From positions 360,878 through 424,877 of the forward strand of contig NW_005434661.1 in NCBI RefSeq assembly GCF_000315625.1: DNA of 64,000 bases. Direction: 5' to 3'. Position numbers and translations under genes: made by a program. The DNA comes from Guillardia theta CCMP2712 (Eukaryota > Protista > Cryptophyta). The notes under the pieces are model-generated. The model was not told the DNA's origin. It searched no databases and saw only the letters and a program-made list of their open reading frames with translations. Shown here in pieces: positions 33,909 to 46,799 of this stretch (position 1 is the stretch's first letter; each line of letters opens with the position of its first letter).

Positions 33909-35582
33909 CTACAACCCTCCTCGTCTTATCCGTCTCGACAGGCCATCCCTCCACTTCTCAGGCCCAGTGGCCCCCACATGCGATCGCTTGGCAGCCGGCA
34001 GCATGGCCTGGAGGGCATTGCTCGGTCTTGGCAGCCCCTTCCTAACGGCATCCCCTTCCCCCAGCAAGCGCGAGAACACGCCCACGCCCATGGTCGCGTT
34101 CTCCATGCGGTCATGCCGAGGTCGAAGGAGGTCGGTATGCGTTCCGTTCATCGACATGTTGGCCGCAGGGCTGCGCTGCAGCGGATGCCTCGACTGCTTC
34201 CCCATGCTCGGCAGCTCGATGTGCCTCTCCGGCTTCGGCTGCGGCGGAGCCACGTGCTCGCTGATCGCTAGAAGTATCATCACAGTGATGTTATCCATCG
34301 ATCCTCTCCTAAACGCTTCCATGCACAGCTTGTTGGCGATCATAGACAGCTGATCGGGGCTCCACCCGCACTTGCTACCTTCTCCGGCCACGATCTGTAT
34401 CACCTGCAGAGAAGTTCAGGAGGAGCAGACGGAGTAGGAGGGAGCAGGAGCAGGAGGGATGCAGGAGGAGCAGCGGAGCAGGAGGAATGTAAGAGACGAC
34501 CTCTTGGTTGGATATCACATCCCACAGCCCGTCCGATGCCAGCACAACGAAGTCATGATCTGATAGCCCGATCTCCGACACATCTGGATCCTGACTCAGG
34601 TACTGCTCGATCATCACGTCCCCCAGCGCCCTGCCCTCGTCCGGTCAGCGTCACTTGCAGCACATCTCACCGCTTGTCACCGTGACATCGCCAACATCCC
34701 CATCACCCGATGGCATCCCATCCTGCCACAAGCATCATAAGCCCCGGTCCTGTCAGTCCACTAACATGCTCACATGCAAGTAACAACTCCGCCCGCACTC
34801 TGGATTCGGTCGCGCTCAGACGGCAGGTTCGGCTTGTGATCGATGGTCAAGGGCGTCACCTTTCCTCCTACGTATCCCACGGCTCGGCTGTCTCCCAAGT
34901 TTGCAACGATGACTCTGTTCCCCTGCACCAGACAACAGATGGCCGTGCTCCCGTCGTCCCAGACCCGGTTCCCCAAAGAAAGTCTCTGCTGAAGCATCTT
35001 GTTGCGCACAGACTCGAACGAGTTGTCTAGCGAGTTGGAAGGAAAGGATCGATGCATGTGATTCAGAACCGTCGGGCGATCGTTCGACGTGCTCATGCTG
35101 CTCCACGTCTTGGCTCGCTCGATGGCATCGTGCAGTCGCTGCCTGGTCTTGGGTCGGCTCGACTCACTCTCGCCTCTTGCCATCCTTGCAAAATCATCAT
35201 GCGTCATTCGGTATGAGGCACGTAGCGCATGCGTCAAGGCTTCTCTGCTGTCGTCGCCAGACGTAATCTTCTTCGCAGTTATTTCAGCCAGTGCGGCATA
35301 AAAATTTGTGGGGATGTGCTGAGCTGCAAATCTTGAGCATCGCCTCCCTCCATGTCCATCAAAAACACCAACCATGCTGACTCCTCGGCCTTCTCCTTCC
35401 GAAAACTGCGCATCTCCCTGAACCAATGATGGCAGGGAGGCTTTATCAACATGCAAAAGCAGCACGTCTTCCTGCTGTGGCCTCCTTCCCTTGATCGAGC
35501 ACCCCCCGCAAACAACCTTGGGCGTATCCTGGTTCTCTGGCAAGGAAAGTATCGCCTGCACGAAGGCTGGCTGAAGATTCAT
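33909..35582 (-). CDS. Protein phosphatase 2C (PPM family)
   Basis: KGRRPQQED, GVFDGHGG, DGSTA, VANLGDSRAV, DHKP..ERDRI, LAMSR|ALGD, LASDGLWDV, RGSMDNITV. Confidence 0.93.
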
Positions 35583-35819
35583 GTTCTGAACTCCGGTTAT
35601 CCAACCCTGCAGGTACTACACGAAGTAGCAAACATCTATCATCTCTGTCAACACAACGCCCATCCTCCCTGCTCTTTCACGGGGGAGGGCAGAGAACACC
35701 GCGAAACCCTTCAGGAGATGCTTGGGAAGGGGAGATAATCTTTCGTTAACGCGCCACCATCTCGGCAAGAACCAAAATGACCGCAGCCTACCATGGCGGA
35801 GGCGGTGAGGGGGGGGATA

Positions 35820-36380
35820 ATTCTATAAGGGATTTTTAGCACGATTCAAAAAAACTATTTATAATGTTTAAAAATATCCTCAGCAACTGAATCTGTATGG
35901 AGCACAACAGGTTAATAGTTTTAAAAAGCTGAAATAAATACTTATAACTGAAATATCAGTACCAATTGTAATGGATCTTAATATGCTATGACCAAAGTTC
36001 TGTACCGAACTTCCATGGATCGAGTAAAGTCGGAGATAGCTTCATACAAATGTACGAAAACTATGTCGACACTTAAAACGTATATAAAGAGAGATCTGTA
36101 CCTGAGATCGCAGGTTGATGACCGAATGAGCATAAAACATTTTAGATTATAACTCCAGCTCAACCCTGACAGGCGAGTGACTCGTGGTGGCCCGGACCTT
36201 TCGGGCCCGGGCCGGCCCGCCGGTCGCCCCCACTTTCAAGACCCGCCTACCACCCCTTTATCCGGATTATTGTGGGGTAGGGTGGTATTCAAATTTTAAT
36301 AGTAGGGGTACTCATTAGTTTGATTAAGTGAATTTGGTAGGGTGGGGTAGTTGGATAGGTACTTGGCAGGAAGGGTAGTG
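35820..36380. promoter_or_regulatory. Divergent intergenic region: AT-rich island followed by a GC/GTAC motif block
   Basis: AT-rich 35820-36160. GGCCCGCCGGT (36214-36224), GGGTAGGGTGGTAT (36275-36288) and AATAGTAGGGGTAC (36298-36311). Confidence 0.5.
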
Positions 36381-36994
36381 CATGCATGAGAACCACGGAT
36401 GGCGAAGTGTGCGAGAAGGAGGGGAGCGGGGGCGAAGGGGAGGGGGGGGGGGAGAGGAAGAGAGACGGGAAGGGGAGGAGATGGATATAGAGATGAGGAG
36501 AGAGAGAGAGAAGAGGAGGGAGTGGGGAGAGAGGAATGTTAGAGGAGGGAGAGAAAGAGGAAAAGAGGGTGAAGGGTAGGTAGTGCGAGGGGGATTGAAC
36601 GTGACGGTAAGATCTTCGAGATGAAAGAGAACAGCTAGAGGTGGGTGAGCGAGGGTGGAAGACAAAGGTTTGCGATCTAGAAATCAGTGCAAGGTAAGAG
36701 CATGGTAGTCGCCCAGAGCAAGAGTGAAAGAGGGGAGCTCACGAAAATGAACCGTCCTCGTCGTGTGGGGGAGAGATTCCAGATGAAATGAGAGTTTGCT
36801 TGAGGTATGAGAGGTAGAAGAACAGACGGACAATGATGAAGAGGAGAGAGGAAGGTGTGCAAGGGATCTGACCGCATTCACAGGCCAGACTTTAAGGACG
36901 ATGAGATGAATAACAAGCTCACGCAAGATTCGCCCTAGCTCTCTCTTCCTGGAGCGGAAGACATCAGTCTAGCACTGGAGACGCTGCAGCTGGC

Positions 36995-39818
36995 ATGTCG
37001 AAGAAGGCGAACGTGGAGGAGGTGGAGGGTGTAGCAGGGATCAAGACGATCAAGCAGCTGGAGAGGCACTTCTACCTGCGATGCAAGAACATGACGAAGA
37101 CGAGGAAGCGAGCGAGGGAGCTGGCAGCGAAGAGGGCAAAACGGGTCAAGGAGATCCAGGATGAGCACAAGGTGATGCTGAGTGGGAGGAGAGTGAGAGA
37201 GCATGCAAGGCTGACAGCTCGAGCAGGTGAGCTTGATCACAGCTCTTGGCATGTGGGAGGCTGCCGGAAGGCCTTTGAGGAAACAGAAGATTCCTCCTCC
37301 GACAGCTTCACAGCAGCAGTCGACCAGGGAAGCTTCAGGGTCAAGAGCCCCATCGTCCTCGTCAGAGAGCGACGACGATGAAGACGATGACAACGTGTGG
37401 GCGGAAGTATCGTTGCTGAACAGCTCGAAGCGAGACGACGGTGCTCCAGGTTCCAGCAGTGAGTTTGACGCGGATTGCAACTTGACCTGCCTGACGTTGT
37501 GACTGCGCAAGGCTCGAAGGTCTCGAACCCGTTCGCTCAACTAGCTCAGCATGAAGACGTGGTCAAGCAGAGGAAGAGCTCTTCCTCCAAGTCAACGAGC
37601 AAGTCACGAACGGAGGCAGTCACCAACGGATCCAACGTGAGGCAGGGGGGCGCGTTCTCAGATCGCTCGGTGCAGGACGACCGAAGGAAGCCGCAGAAGG
37701 AAATGGCAGGAGCTCGTCCTGCTAATCCTCAGCCGCATCGTGACGAGAGTCCGGACAAGACTTCTTCCTCAGGTTTGACACGAACTTGCTGTTAGGTCGA
37801 GCCTTGCTGAACTCATTCTCTCCCTCCTTCTCTCCCTCCTTCTCTCCCTCCTTCTCTCCCTCCTTCTCTCCATTCTACTCTCCAGTTGATGGGCAGGTAG
37901 TGTGGCAGCCGGCCGGCGTGCCGATGTGCCGCTTTGGCGAGCATTGTTATCGCACAAACGCCGAGCACTTTAAGAGTAAGAAGGTGAAGGTTTGCTGTCT
38001 GACCTGACAGTCCTGCAGGTTTCAGCCATCCGGTGAGCATGTCGAAGAAGAAGGAGGTACGATGAAGTCATGTTGCCGGTTGCTGCTGTGAGAGTGAGAG
38101 ATGAGTGTCGTGCGAGTCGCCGTTGAGGTCAGAGGCGTCTGATCCTATCCCACAGCATGGCTCCCGGGAGCTCGAGTACTCGTCGGATGACTCGAGCAGA
38201 TCAGAGGCAGTGCCGAAGCACCACGATGTCAAGGACGAAGTGGCAATGGTGAGTAAGATAGGAGCAAGTGGGGGAGGGAAGTGGGGGGGTGTGGGGGGGG
38301 AAGCTTTAGAGAGGAGAGGAGCTTTGGACAGGAGAGGAGCTAGGGAAGGAAAGGTGAAGGTGGGGGTGGGGGAGGTTGTGGTGGTTGGGGATGATGGAGA
38401 GGAGGAGGAGGAGAAGGAGGAGGAGGGGACGAGCGCTCACGGGGGAGCAGGCGAAGGCTTCAGTTGGGATTGTGAACCTGAAAGAAGCCGTCTCCTCGGT
38501 GATGAGCTGTTGCGACGGGGAAGGGCTGTCGGTCAAGGAGGTGAAGGAGGAGGAGGTGAGGGATGGCGCTGGTGGCTGAGATGGGAGAAGATTCAAGACA
38601 TTCTGAACATCGAGAAGGCTCCTTCGCAGGGGATGGCAAATGCAGGTGAGAGGAAAAAGGGATGGGGGGAAAAGGTGGGGAGGAGGGAGGAGGGGGACGG
38701 AGACAGGGAGGGGGAGGGGGAGGAGAGGCCTGAAGATGATGAATGGAGCAGGACGGAAGCTTGTGCGGGCGATCCTTGGGATGTTGCTGAGCGAGAAGAA
38801 GATCAAAGGTAAGGAGGAGGAGGAGGAGGAGGAGGGTGGAAGGAGGAGTGTTGGGTGCACTGACAGCAGGACGTAGGATTGGATCCCGACGAGGATGGGG
38901 TGCTCAAGTACAAGATCAAGAAGAGGAGGGGCAGCAGAATGGAGCAGGACGAAAAGAAGAAGCGGCCGCGGCCCGCGGCATCGAGGGGGCAGGAGGAGAA
39001 GGTAGACAGAGCGTGCGGGTAAGGTGCACTGACGGTCTCGTGGCAGGGGAAGAGGAAGGAGGAGAACCTGGGGGCGAATGAGATGCTGAAGAAGCAGCAG
39101 GCAGAGATCGCCCTGCTGAGCCAGAGGCTGCAGAGGTACGAGGACAACTTCCGCAAGAGCAGCGGTGAGCATCGACACGTCTTTCGCACCTTCCCATCCA
39201 CCTCTTCCTCCTCGTCCGCTTCCTCCCTCTTCTGTTCTCATTCCTCCATCGACTCTCTCCTCATGGTTTCACAGCACATGAATCGCGGCAACTGTCCTCT
39301 CCCAGGGCTCGCTCGCCTCCTCCTGTCGACCCTCCCCGGCCAAGGTCCGTCTCCTCCTCTCCCCTCCCCTCCCTCCTTGTTCCTGACGCTTGCTCTGCGG
39401 CAGGATCGAGAGGGAACAGCAGCCTGTGAGGAGGGAGAGAAGTTTTGAGCAGCCGGCGCGCTCGATCGTTGTGCCCCCTTCCGGAATCCCGCCGCCGCGA
39501 AGGGAGAGCAGCAACGCCATCGAGGTCTACACGTCGTGCTCTCCTTTGGTTCCTCCTGCTCCCTCTCCGACCCTCTTCCTTTCCCCTCCCTCCCTCCTGC
39601 TCTTCCACAGACCTCATCTCCCCTGCAGCGCCTTCCTCTCGTCTCCTTCAAGCTTCCATCCCTCCCTCTTCCCTCCTCACGTGCTGATTTGTCATCGTCG
39701 GCAGAGGCAGCAGGCTGTGGAGGAGGACGTGTACATTAGCTGCGAGCCCGCGAGCGCCAGGAGAGGCTCACACGTCGATTATGTGCAGGTCAAGACGGAG
39801 GAGACGGAGTCGGATTGA
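36995..39818 (+). CDS. Nuclear protein with a PBZ (poly(ADP-ribose)-binding) zinc finger and a putative winged-helix domain, multi-exon
   Basis: CRFGEHCYRTNAEHFK|SFSHP matches the PBZ consensus CxF/YGxxCYRxNxxHxxxFxH. Basic NLS-like tracts; ends VKTEETESD*. Confidence 0.7.
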
Positions 39819-39949
39819 CGAGCAGATCCATTGGGGCTAGCAGGAGGGGAGGGGGAGGGAAACTGACAAAGACGAAAATGAAAGCACCTGTTGCGAGAAA
39901 GGAGGAGAGGGAGAGGGAGATTTGAGTTCTATGCTTGCCTCTGCTCGCC

Positions 39950-42900
39950 TCAACTGCCGCCGACAACCCACGTGCGAGCAGGACGGGAGGAGGAGCCGAT
40001 GCCGTCGACCGCCCTTGTCCTCTCCTCCCTCGCAAACGTCTCCATCAGCGTCAGCCCCTCGCTCGGCCTGCAGTTGAGCAGCTGCATCCTCTTTTTGGCT
40101 GAGGGCGATACGACCTTATCCCTCCTCCCTTCCTCTGCGATCACCAGAACCTTCCCGATGCTGCTCCCCTGCACGTCCCCCCAGCCTTGGTCCTGCGCTG
40201 CAACCTCCTCCTCCCTACTCGTTCTCCTGCGCATCTTGACCTGCTCGGGGGTCTCCCAGAAGCTCTTCCTCCCGCTCATCCCCACCCACGCGCCGCAGAC
40301 TGCAGGGCCTTGCCAGTCGTCGGCGTAAGAGCGCTTGGAGGAGGGAGGAGGAGGAGGAGGAGGAGCCGAGCCAAGCATGCGCTCATCGCACTGGATGTAC
40401 ATGGCGGCGTTGGAGAAGACGGAGATGCGCTGCTCGAGGGCGCACTCAAGGATCGAGCGTGTGGCGTCCGAAACGCCGCAGGAGGAGAGGCTGAGAAGCT
40501 GCATGCTGGCGCTGCGGATGAGGAAGGGGGCGAGCGCTCGGGCTCCTTCATCGCCGATCTTTGGGTTGCCGCTCAGGTCGACGGCGCGCAGTTTGAGGTC
40601 GGGACGGTCGATGCTCCTCCTCACCTTGGTGATCTCGGAGGAGGAGCCGCGGAGGGAGAGAGGGCCCAGGAGGAGCTGCCCGAGGGAGGAGCAGGACGGG
40701 GGCCCGAGATTGCAGCAGCTCATCATCAGCTCCTGCAGTCCGCAGAGGCTCCCTCCCACAAGGTTCTCGAACAGGGAGCGGGCCCCCTCGTCCCCCAGGA
40801 AGTTGTAGGAGACGTTGAGCCTTCGGAGGCTCCCGTACACCCTCGTCATGTTCCCCAGCGCAGCAGCTGCGGGAGCGCCGAGCTGGTTGTTGGAGAAGTC
40901 GAGGGAGGAGAAGGAGGAGTTGATACTCTCTCCCTTCCTCCTCCTCTCCCTCCTCTCGGCCGAAGTCTCTCCGCAGAGAGCAGCAGCGAACGCTTCCGCC
41001 CCCCCGTCCCCCAGAATGTTATTCCGCACATTCAGCTCCTTCACCTCCGACCGACGGACAGCAAGGCCCAGCAGTTCTCCTGCTGCACTTGAGAGCTCGT
41101 TGCCTGCCGTGAAGAGATGAGAGGAGGAGCGAGGAGAAGAAGAGAGGAGAAGTGGAGGGTAAAGTGAGAGAACAAAGCAAGATATTGTGCGGCATGTGGT
41201 TGGGGAAGAGCTCAGGGAAGAAGATCGGGACGAAGGAGTACCAGCCAGGTCGAGATGGAGGATGGGCCCTCGAGCAGAGAGCAGGGGCTTGAGCACCTCC
41301 TGCTGCCTCCTGCTGAGCTTGGAAGTCCAGTGGGTCGCGGCGCTCCTGTGGCAGGCGATGGTTCCTTGCTCCAGGATGTGGAGGACTGCCTCCAAGTCTG
41401 TCAGGTTGATCCTCCGCTGCTTCAGGACGGCTCTCCCCGACTCGCTACTTTCGCCCTCCTCCCGTGATGTGGAGGATGACTTGGGAGGGGATCGAACGTC
41501 GTCTGCGTGAGAGCTGCTTCCGTAGTCATCGTCTAGCAGAACTCCCTGTCCTCCTGCCTGTTCTCGTTCTCCTCCTCCCGCTTCCTCTCCTCCACCTTTC
41601 AATGCCTTTCCTCCTCCTCCTCCTCCTCCTCCTCCTCCTCCTCCTCCTCCTCCTCCTCCTTGTCCATTTCGCTGCTGATTCTCATCCTTCACTGTTCTAC
41701 CTTCTTGCAAGAAATTTCCGAGCTCTCCTGCTCCCTGTGTACTCCTCACTCCCTCCTCGGCCTCCACGTCCCCGTTGTCTCTGCCCTCCATCCTGAGCCA
41801 GGCCGCGACATGCTCGGGAGAGCCTCGGTGGGGTTGCTCGAGAGGTCGCTCGATGTCGTCAAGCAGGGGGAGAGGAGGAGGATGCTGCACCATCAACGTA
41901 TTGAACCTGAAGCTCGGGTCGTCGACCTGCAGGAAGGAGGAAGAGTTCACGTCCTCCTCTATCGTCTGGAACGAGTTCCCTGCCAAAACTAATTCAGAGC
42001 GCAATCGAGACAAGAGGGGCCGGAGGTTGGAGGGAGAAACGGAGAAGAGAAGAGAAGGGCAGGGCAGGGCAGGGCAGGGCAGGGCAGGGCAGGGCAGGGC
42101 AGGGCAGGGCAGGGCAGGGCTGGGAAGGTACCTAGAGTCTTCTTCCTTCTTAGTGACTTGAGGAATGTGAGGAGGGCATTGCGAATGTGAGGTGGAAGGT
42201 CCTTGTGCTGCTCCACCAGAGATCGGAGGCCCATCCTGACCTCCTTCACCAGCTGCTCCATCTCCTCCCTCTCCGCCTCCGCCAGTGTCCTCCTCCTCCT
42301 CTCCTCGTCCCTCTCCTCCGTCCTGCTGGAGCACTCAAGGGTGGCCCTGCTAAGCCTCTCAGCGAGCATCTCGAGCTTCGGCTCCCACTCCTCCCTCGCC
42401 ACGCTGGAAGCCTTCTTCTTGCTGCTCTCGAACTTCTTGCTCTTCATCTCCAACTTCTTCTTCGTCTCCTCCATGTTCTTCCTGAATTCTTCCGCCAGGG
42501 CGGCGGAGGCCTTCCTTGCACTCTCTGCCTTCTCCTTCTCAACCTGCAGCGTTTCCGCCCTCTTTCTCTCCTCCTTCAGCTCAATCTGTGCCCGGTGCAG
42601 CCGCTGCATCGCCTCGTTCTTGGCCTTGAGGTCTTCCCTCCTGCTCTCTCGAAATTCCGCTCGAATGCTGCAGAGCTCGCTCCTCGTCGCCTCCAGCTCC
42701 TGCTGCAAGTTCATTGCCTGTATGCTCAACCCCGACTTGCTGCTCTGCTCTTGCGGCTTCAGGACCGCCTCCTCCTTCTGCTTCAACTCCTTTCCCAGCA
42801 CAACGATGTGACTCTCGAGCTCCCGGATCCTCTCCAAGTTCTTCTTCTCCTCATTCTTCTCATTTCCCTTCTTGTCCTGCTGCTCCTTCAGCTTGGCTTG

Positions 42901-44457
42901 AAGCATGGAGATCTGCGCCTTGGCCTTGTTTAGCTCCTCTGACATCTTCACAACCAACGTTTGTTCAATCGCCTCCTGCCGAGCTGGCGCCCTCCTCTTG
43001 AAGCCGACGGATCCTTGCGGCCTCAACCCTCTCGGAGGTATCTGCAGCATGTATGAGCTCTAAGGACATATAAAGGACGATATCACCGAGGATTGTTTCA
43101 CTTGGACTCTATCAGCAGCCGGCTCTTGTTTCCCTTTCTCCTTCGTTTCCTCCTCAACAACTTCCTCGTCCTCTTCCTCACCCTCTTCGCCCTCGCCATC
43201 GTCGTTTTCTTCCTTGTTCGCAAACCATTGGACCATCTTCTTTCTCTCTTGCTTCAGGGCCTCCTCGAAGTCATCTCTCGCATTCCTCACATCCTCCAGA
43301 GCAACCGTCTCGTCATCTAGTTGCCTTCTCAGCTCAGCCACCTCAGCCTCCCTCTCCTTCAAGAGCTGCTGCAGAATCTTGTTCTGCGTCTTCTGCATCA
43401 CAAGAGGAAACTCAGGAGAAACAAACTCACCTCCTCTTTGATATCCCCTGCCTTCCCCTGCCAACCAACCAACAGTCACATCAACAACACCAACTTGCCC
43501 ATTCTCCCCCCCGATACCTCGTCCACTTCCTTCATCCGTTCCATGGCTTTTTCTTCAGCCTCTGCGAGTTTCTTTCTCAAGTTGAACTTGTCTTTCTCGA
43601 GCTGATTCGTCTTCTCGACAGCATTCTCGAGGTCGACTTTCAGTGCCAGGACCTCCAGCTCTGCCACTCTGCATCTTTCCTTGTACTCGTTCACTGGACG
43701 TGGAGCTCGTCAGCACAAGCGAACAACACACATGTCAGTCCTTAACAACATAGCACCTCCATTGTCCGATACGCGCTTGTCCTGCTTCAATTTCTTCTGG
43801 TCGTCTTCGAAGATCGGGAGATCCATCGAACCCATTGACGCGTCGTTGTCTTCTTTCAGATTCTGAATCTCTGCCTCTTGCGACTTGATCTAGGCAGCAC
43901 GATCAGGTTTTCTCTTCGACAGAGCATCGTTGACCACCAGTTGCTCAGCATCAGCAAGCCGTCTGTCGGCGTCCTCTCTCTGCGATCTTTGGTCGGACAC
44001 GTCCCGCCTTAGCTGCTCGATCAACGAATCCTGCAATCCTATCTTCTCCCGGCACTCCACCAGCTCTTTCGCCGCTTTCCTGCTCCTCACATCCAATTCT
44101 TGGAAACCAGTCTGCAAAGTCTGCAACGACATCAGCGTGATGAGGCCGGGACGTCACAAGCGCGGACCTTGCGGTGTTCGACGAGAGTTTGAAACTGTTC
44201 GGCGACCTGGACGCAGAGCTTCATGGAGGTGTCCATGTCAAGACCAGCCGAGATCAAGGACTGATACAGCTTCTTCGTTTCTGTGAATACGTAAGAATCA
44301 AACTTGGAGAGCGCCTCGTCGATCGGGTCAAAGTCGTCATCCTGTCACTGGGTAAGATGAAACAGTCTCCTCGTGCTGTAAGACACCTCCACTTCACGAT
44401 GAGCCACTTCGTCAACCACATCGAAGTCGAAATCTGAGTCATCGGTGCCATCTCCAT
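39950..44457 (-). CDS. Long coiled-coil protein with C-terminal RNI-like leucine-rich repeats, multi-exon
   Basis: E/K/Q heptad exons at 42150-44300. LRRs LNVRNNILGDGGA, LDFSNNQLG, LNVSYNFLGDEGA, VDLSGNPKIGDEGA. Confidence 0.7.
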
Positions 44458-44899
44458 TCACCATCTAGAGAGCATTGCCGTGTCAAAATAAGAACACATA
44501 GTGAAGGCAAAAAGCATTCGCTAAACATCCGAGCATTACATATTCTAGGTTCTCCCGATCATCTTGCCTCTATCCACCACATTTTTTTCGTCCTGCTCTT
44601 TCAATACATATCGATCTGCCTGTCTTCGCATGCTTTTCGGCTTGTTTCCATGTCGTCCTTGGTTCCTCCTCTTTCCCTCTCCCTACACCACTGCGGCGCT
44701 CCTTTCCCTGTCAAACAGCAAGGTCTTCTCTTGCATACCTTCCTCGCTCACTCCCTACCCACCTCTGTCTTGCCGACCTCTGAGTTGCCGACCTCTCCTT
44801 TCTCCTCTCCCTTCTCTTCCTTCACTTCCTCCTACTCCATTCGTTCTTCATCAATGGTTATCGCCATGATCAGCCAAGATCCGTTCTTTCATTTTGACT

Positions 44900-45190
44900 A
44901 GACCCTACCCTTCCTATACTGAAGCCATGAAGACCTGGACCCCTGCAATCAATTTAAGTACCCTATCTTTGAGCACATAAGTACCCACCTCTTCAGAGAT
45001 TACTTTGACCCCAACCCCCATTTGACATACCCCACCACCAATCAGGCCCACTCAAATCATTCATTTCAAATCTACGACCGCACCCCCACCCCCGAGAATA
45101 ACCCACCCCTCGAAATCTCCTTCCTCTACCCGGTACTTCATTGTGATTTTCAGATATTTTGATTGGTGGGTGGGTGATAGTACCCGGTGT
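44900..45190. promoter_or_regulatory. Divergent promoter block rich in GTACCC and CCCCACC words
   Basis: AAGTACCC x2, GTACCCGG, and several CCCCACC/CCCACCCC between the LRR and ANK-TPR starts. Confidence 0.45.
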
Positions 45191-45276
45191 CTCTGGTCAG
45201 AGAATGCAGGAGGGGCGACGCAAACTCTTCAGTTGAAGGAGGAGCGACGAGGTCAAGAGAGGAACAATGTGAGAAC

Positions 45277-46737
45277 ATGGAGCATGTGCCAGCCATGTGC
45301 TGACTCTGTCGCAGGGGCAACGCGTCCTCCGCCTTCGACTGCTGCTCCAAGCAAGATGGCTTCGGGAACTTGATCCATCCAGAGATTTTGCCCCCCCTCC
45401 ACATGGCTGCGAGGCACGATGATGTCCAGATGATTGAGAAGATCCTCTCAACCCCGGGGATGAAGGCGGACACCTTCGATGTGCGCGGTCGCACTCCTCT
45501 TCACTTCGCCGCCCAGCACGGATGCTCCCGGTCGGCGGAGCTGCTGCTCAAGCGCCATGCCAGCCCTCAGATCAAGGGGGCAGACGGCAAGACACCGCTC
45601 AGCCTCGCAATCGAGAACAATCACAATGATATCGTCTCGATGCTGCTGCACTCACAGTCTCAAAGGCAGCCCCTGGGCACCAGACCCATGTTCGATCGCA
45701 ACCTGGTGCCTCCCCCATCTTCCGTTCATTCCCCTGCCTTCGCACCAGCTCCTGCCCCCGCCCCTAATCCCACTCCTAACCCTATCCCGGCACCTGCCCC
45801 CGCTCCCGCCCCAACCACCGCTCCCGCCCCTGCTATGGTACACCATCTGCTCTCCTTGCTGCAGTTTCTCACAACCAAGACCAGAGCCAGACAGCGGAAT
45901 CGCTGCATGCTCAGGCAGCTGCGTACTACTTTGCTGGCGACCACAAGAGAGCAGAGGAGCTGTATCTACAGGTTGCTGAGCAGACCAACTCAGTTTCATC
46001 TCACTTGGAACTGTTCAGGTGCTCAGTATCAATCCCAAGCACTTGAGGTGTTGTTGCAAGGGTTAGCGGTGAGTGCAGATTTTGACCTTTTCACTTGTAG
46101 GACACTTTGCAATTATGGAGCATTGCTCCAAAACACGAGACAAGACAACCCTAGAGCCGAAGAGATGTTGTTAACTGCAAAAGTGTAGTAGCAAACTCAT
46201 GTGAGGCCTTGCAGGTACAAGAAAGCGCTTGACATCGATCCAAACGACGCTGTCACTTTGTACAACTATGGTCTGCTGCTGGAGAATGCTCATCGAAACT
46301 TCGATGAAGCTGAGAAAATGTCAGGCTCTTCCCTCACGCGCTTCAATGCGTTGACGATACTCCGTAGGTACCAGAAGGCGCTTCAGGCAGACCCGAGGCA
46401 TGTTGATACTCTTTGTAACTATGGCGCGCTTCTCAAGACCGTCCACAAGCAGTACAAGACGGCTGAAGAGATGTGATGCCTTGCTGGCTGCCGCAAACAC
46501 TCTTGATGCATGCTCTTAGGTACAGGCAGGCACTCTCGATCGACCCGAACCACGTCGACACACTCTGTAACTATGCTCTGCTGCTTCGCGACGCGTTTGG
46601 GAATCATAACAAGGTGGTCTAATGCTGCGAACGCTGAAGACTGACGTCTGGGCTGTCAGGCCAAGGAGATGATTAAGAGAGCTCAAGCCATCGCGCCCAA
46701 CGATGAGTGGCTCAAGAAGCACAGCGCAAGCTTTTGA
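45277..46737 (+). CDS. Ankyrin-repeat + TPR-repeat protein, multi-exon; start approximate
   Basis: PPLHMAARHDD, GRTPLHFAAQHG, GKTPLSLA; Pro/Ala linker; TPRs TLCNYGALL..AEEMYKKALDIDPND repeated about 4 times; stop TGA ending 46737. Confidence 0.85.
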
Positions 46738-46799
46738 CAAATGAACAAGATCGAGTTCCACTCGCAATCCCACTTGAAGCAACTGACTGGGACAAACCA

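Noticed and set aside
35820-36160. Possible MITE or organellar insertion
   Set aside because: No terminal inverted repeats, target-site duplication or recognisable organellar gene visible; kept only as an AT-rich island.
39950-42334. 794-aa ORF taken as a single-exon LRR gene
   Set aside because: It reads through in-frame introns (PCPAL repeat, pyrimidine tracts) and starts inside an exon of another frame; it is part of the larger spliced gene.
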